51,082 bases of DNA, taken from Catajapyx aquilonaris. Its lineage: Eukaryota. A model generated the notes under the pieces. The model had not been told where the DNA came from. It made no database searches and saw only the letters and a program-made list of their open reading frames with translations. Position numbers and translations under genes: made by a program. This document shows positions 47,546 through 51,082 of the stretch, one piece after another (position 1 is the first letter of the stretch; every line of letters begins with the position of its first letter). The stretch lies in the NCBI GenBank assembly GCA_000934665.2, contig JYFJ02000123.1, positions 124,001-175,082 of the forward strand. Reading direction: 5' to 3'.

Positions 47546-50500
47546 TTATTCCTCGCGTACAGTACTCTGCCATTATGCACAATGTACCAAACGCAGGAAA
47601 TGGTGGTTGACGAGGAAACAAAAGAAAAATCTGTCAAGTAGGAAGTCACTATGGAGTACACAGTGCATGTGCTGAAAAAAATGTTTCCTAACCTGGAGTT
47701 CTTGGTCTGAAATTATATTCGTATATAGTTTTATCTTCTCTATCATTCACTATTGTCATCAGTGGAATTCACAGGATATATAAAAGAGCGAGTGTTCGCA
47801 ATAATTACAGTAGTTGGGCGATAGAACATGAATAATTTTTTTTTTTTGCCAAAAGTGAAATGGCACGACATGACGTTTATTTCACGTGAAACACTGCAGG
47901 AATAAAGGTATAGATGTCTTTTTTTTGTACCCGCAGCCAATTTTTTCCAGCCTTAATTCTAACTAGAATCTTCTATACAATTCGAATGTTTAAATACCTT
48001 GTAGTTTCTAGCAGTGCACTAACTTACATTGACAATCATACCTGTGTAATTTGAAACGCTTTTCTTGCAGCAGAGAATGATGGAGAGATAATTGTGGTGA
48101 TATCTCAGTATTCATTGTGCAAGCAGCTGCTGCACAACTCTCCGTTTCCCTGAGAAGAAGTGGCCCAACATTAACTGTTAAACCACGAGAAGCATCATAT
48201 GGTTAATTAACTCGAGCACTTTCCTCAGATGAGAAACCACTACGGTAGCCATCAGATTACTTCATCCTGTAATTAACAGCAGTATTTTAAAACCTCCTGA
48301 AATGTTTGCCCATTGTTTGTATATACTGGCAGTAGAGTGGGAGAGCAGATGTATGTGTTATGATAACCGACAAAGTTTTTAACGTTGTTTTGTAATCCAA
48401 GTAGATTAAAATCATTATATTTCCAGCCTGGTTGGACCATCGCTGACCTATGTATCACCAGCCTCATGTATATTTAAATCCACAGCATCGAAAAGGTCTT
48501 TTGTGGCCACAACACTTACCTCCAACAATCAACAAGCGAGTGACAAGATAATTGCATATTGATCCAGTAAATTCAGGTGCGTCGACCCCCACTCAACAGC
48601 TCATAATTAGCGCAGGTCTAATCCAAACTCTTCCCCCACTTGCATCATTCTGCCAGTAAATGAATTTCCCTGAGCCATTTTGAGCCCAGAATAAAGTGAA
48701 CGAAATTCGAGAAAGTCTTCCATAATATTGACACTATGTATTGATTGTGCAGGGAACGAAGGATTTGAGGCGATGTGGTGTGGAATTATGCAAATATGGA
48801 TGGGTGGAGCAATCAAATTGGGAGTGCGAAAGTTAGGAGGTTTTGTGAAAGGAAAAGCGGCGGAGATCCAATGTGGGCTAAAAACTAGGTTGGGGATGCT
48901 GCGGATTTAATTTCCAATTTAAAGTTGAGTTGCTGGAACAAAGTTGGAGCTGATGAGCAAGTTAGTCTCACTCCCAACCCCACCCACCCAGACCTTTTAT
49001 TATATAATGAGTGTGAAGGAATCTATCTCATTAACTCAAATTAGCCCTGCCTTTGTTCTAGAAACTGACACAAAAGTCGATTTGGAAAACGAGCTGGAGA
49101 GAAAATTAGTTGTTGCGTCATTTGGGTGCCACAAAAGGCCCGGTGGACCACTCTATTGCATGAGGACCTGACACTATAGGTTCCAACCTCTTCCTTCTCT
49201 CCCTAGAAGCAAGTCCCATAGCCCCTATAATGAGACCCCCCGAAATGATGAGACCCCCTTACAGTCCGCCTCATTAAGCTCGGTGACATAGGTCACAATT
49301 ATTCGAGGAGAGAAGCTGGGGAAACATCTGGGGTTGAAGAGGATTTGCCCCGATCTTTTGTTTTTGGGAAGTGCGGAATTGCGAAACTTTAGCCATCATC
49401 CTGCTCGGGTGGGGGGATAAAAATAAAAAAAGGTGGGGTAAAAAAAGGAGCGAATAACGCCATTTGTAACAGGCGAAGAAAGCAGGCTCTTGGGGACGAC
49501 GTGACGTGAAATAGAGAGGACGAGACACGTTGACAAATATCAAATCGACCAGAACAGCATTCTTATGGATTCTGAATGATGTATACACAATATTTCCCCA
49601 ATATTACAAAAACACGCCAGATTTTTTTTTTCTTGCAATCTCCAACTTTTACTCAATCAGACCAGGTGTTGGCCATCAATCGTCCAGTCCTATGAAATAT
49701 GGATACTGTAATTTTCATGGAAAGAAAGCAATATTGGTCGAAACCCTAGCTGCATACCAACAGCTATCAATACACTAAAGAAGCGTAGTTATGTAGACTT
49801 GGCTGGTTTCTGGGTGTAAAAAGAGTGAAGAAACTCGAGCTCGACGAGATGGAGAGAAAAGTTTAGAACTTCCAATACCACCCCCTATACCCCCAACCCC
49901 CATGTTCTTTCCCCCCCCCCCNTCGAGCTGAGACCAGGCCTTGGGGCCAGGGAAGTCCCACTTCAGACTAAAATGTTCCCTCTTTAGTCCTCCGGCATTT
50001 TTTCTCTTTTTCTTCTTCTTCGTAACCTCCGTTCCCATTCCAGCAGTCACTCACTCCAAGGAGGTGTCTCCAGAGGTTGCTATGGAGTTCAAATTTTTGC
50101 AAATGCGGTGAAATCCGATTGGGAAGCAATGTACGAGGCAGTAAGTGTGGATGTAACAAGGTTCGTTGTGGATGGGATAAAGAGAAAAATGGTGCAAGTT
50201 TTCTTTCCAGGCGGTTTACTTTTCTTGGTGATGAATGGCGTGGAATCATGATGAAGATGGTAAAATGATTACCGGAGCTATTTTTTCCCCCCTTGTCCGA
50301 GCAGGTTATTAGGAAAGCAACAGGTTGGCAGGGATCGTTTGATTAATGAAAGGTTTTTTTGGGATAAATTTCCTGAGCACTTGAGTTAATAGCGATAGTC
50401 TTGTGCTGGGCGTCTCGCCAGACAACTACAGCATGCCAGCCAAAATTTATATAAAGTTGTCAGTATATCCTATTGGTAGAGTCTGTCCGTCTTGTGGCGC

Positions 50501-51082
50501 CGCAAGCCAACGAACGTTACTGTGGCTTTTCCCACCACGACGAATATGTCACGGGGGCGAAACGGCGGGGGCGAAAAGTCCGGATCCCCCCATTTATTTT
50601 AATTTATTCATCAATGTGGCCTTAGTGTGACATTTAGATTGTAATATGAGCATAGAAGGATCGCAGAATGTTTGATTTTTGGTCAAAGTTTTGTCCATAT
50701 TGTGCACAATTGTGGGGTGTTGTTTGGCCCCGCCCTTGAACGGGTGGAGTTGCACAGAATGAGTTTATTGCAGTGAGAAATGCCATGTAGTTTTCCCACA
50801 TTTAGCCGCAGCCCAGTGGTGTACATTTTCGTGACGAGACGGCAGCCATGACCCCGTTGCTTTATTGTGGTGGGCTTCACTTCATGTTTTTTTTCCAGTC
50901 TTTTTTCCGACTCGTGTTCATGTAATAGGTTAACACAAATTTGACTTTTATTTCTAACTCGTGGGGCAGTTCACATATTTTGTCCTGGTTACGCCTGGAA
51001 CCTGCTGCGAGTGCCTGACCTTCGCTCCAGTTATTTTCCTTTTTGGTCGAGAAGAGATGATCGGGAGAACCGCAAGTCATAC

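Noticed and set aside
1..51082. CRISPR array, rRNA or prokaryotic operon/defence system
   Set aside because: No regularly spaced direct repeats or rRNA signatures; all genes are spliced eukaryotic genes, including the YjbQ homologue.

Overview
Eukaryotic, intron-rich, gene-dense window, most likely from an arthropod (inferred from gene content, 55-85 nt introns, a tRNA-derived SINE and TA-flanked MITEs). Hand-spliced gene models, left to right: 3' end of a glutamate carboxypeptidase II/NAALADase-like gene (+); a secreted coiled-coil protein (-, 603 aa); a MINDY4/FAM188B-like deubiquitinase (-, 698 aa); a YjbQ/UPF0047 protein (+, 171 aa); a TMIE-like single-pass membrane protein (-, 193 aa) that is fragmented in the ORF track; ASCC2 (+, 771 aa); and a polypeptide GalNAc-transferase (-, 604 aa). 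All modelled splice phases are consistent. The most notable points are a probable U12-type intron in ASCC2, an unexplained His-rich in-frame extension upstream of YjbQ separated from an upstream ATG by two UGA codons, a Tc1/mariner foldback nested inside another palindromic element, and a hairpin repeat family beside two divergent gene pairs. No prokaryotic-type system was seen, and no gene could be supported in 45-51 kb. Family assignments come from recognised motifs, not database searches.
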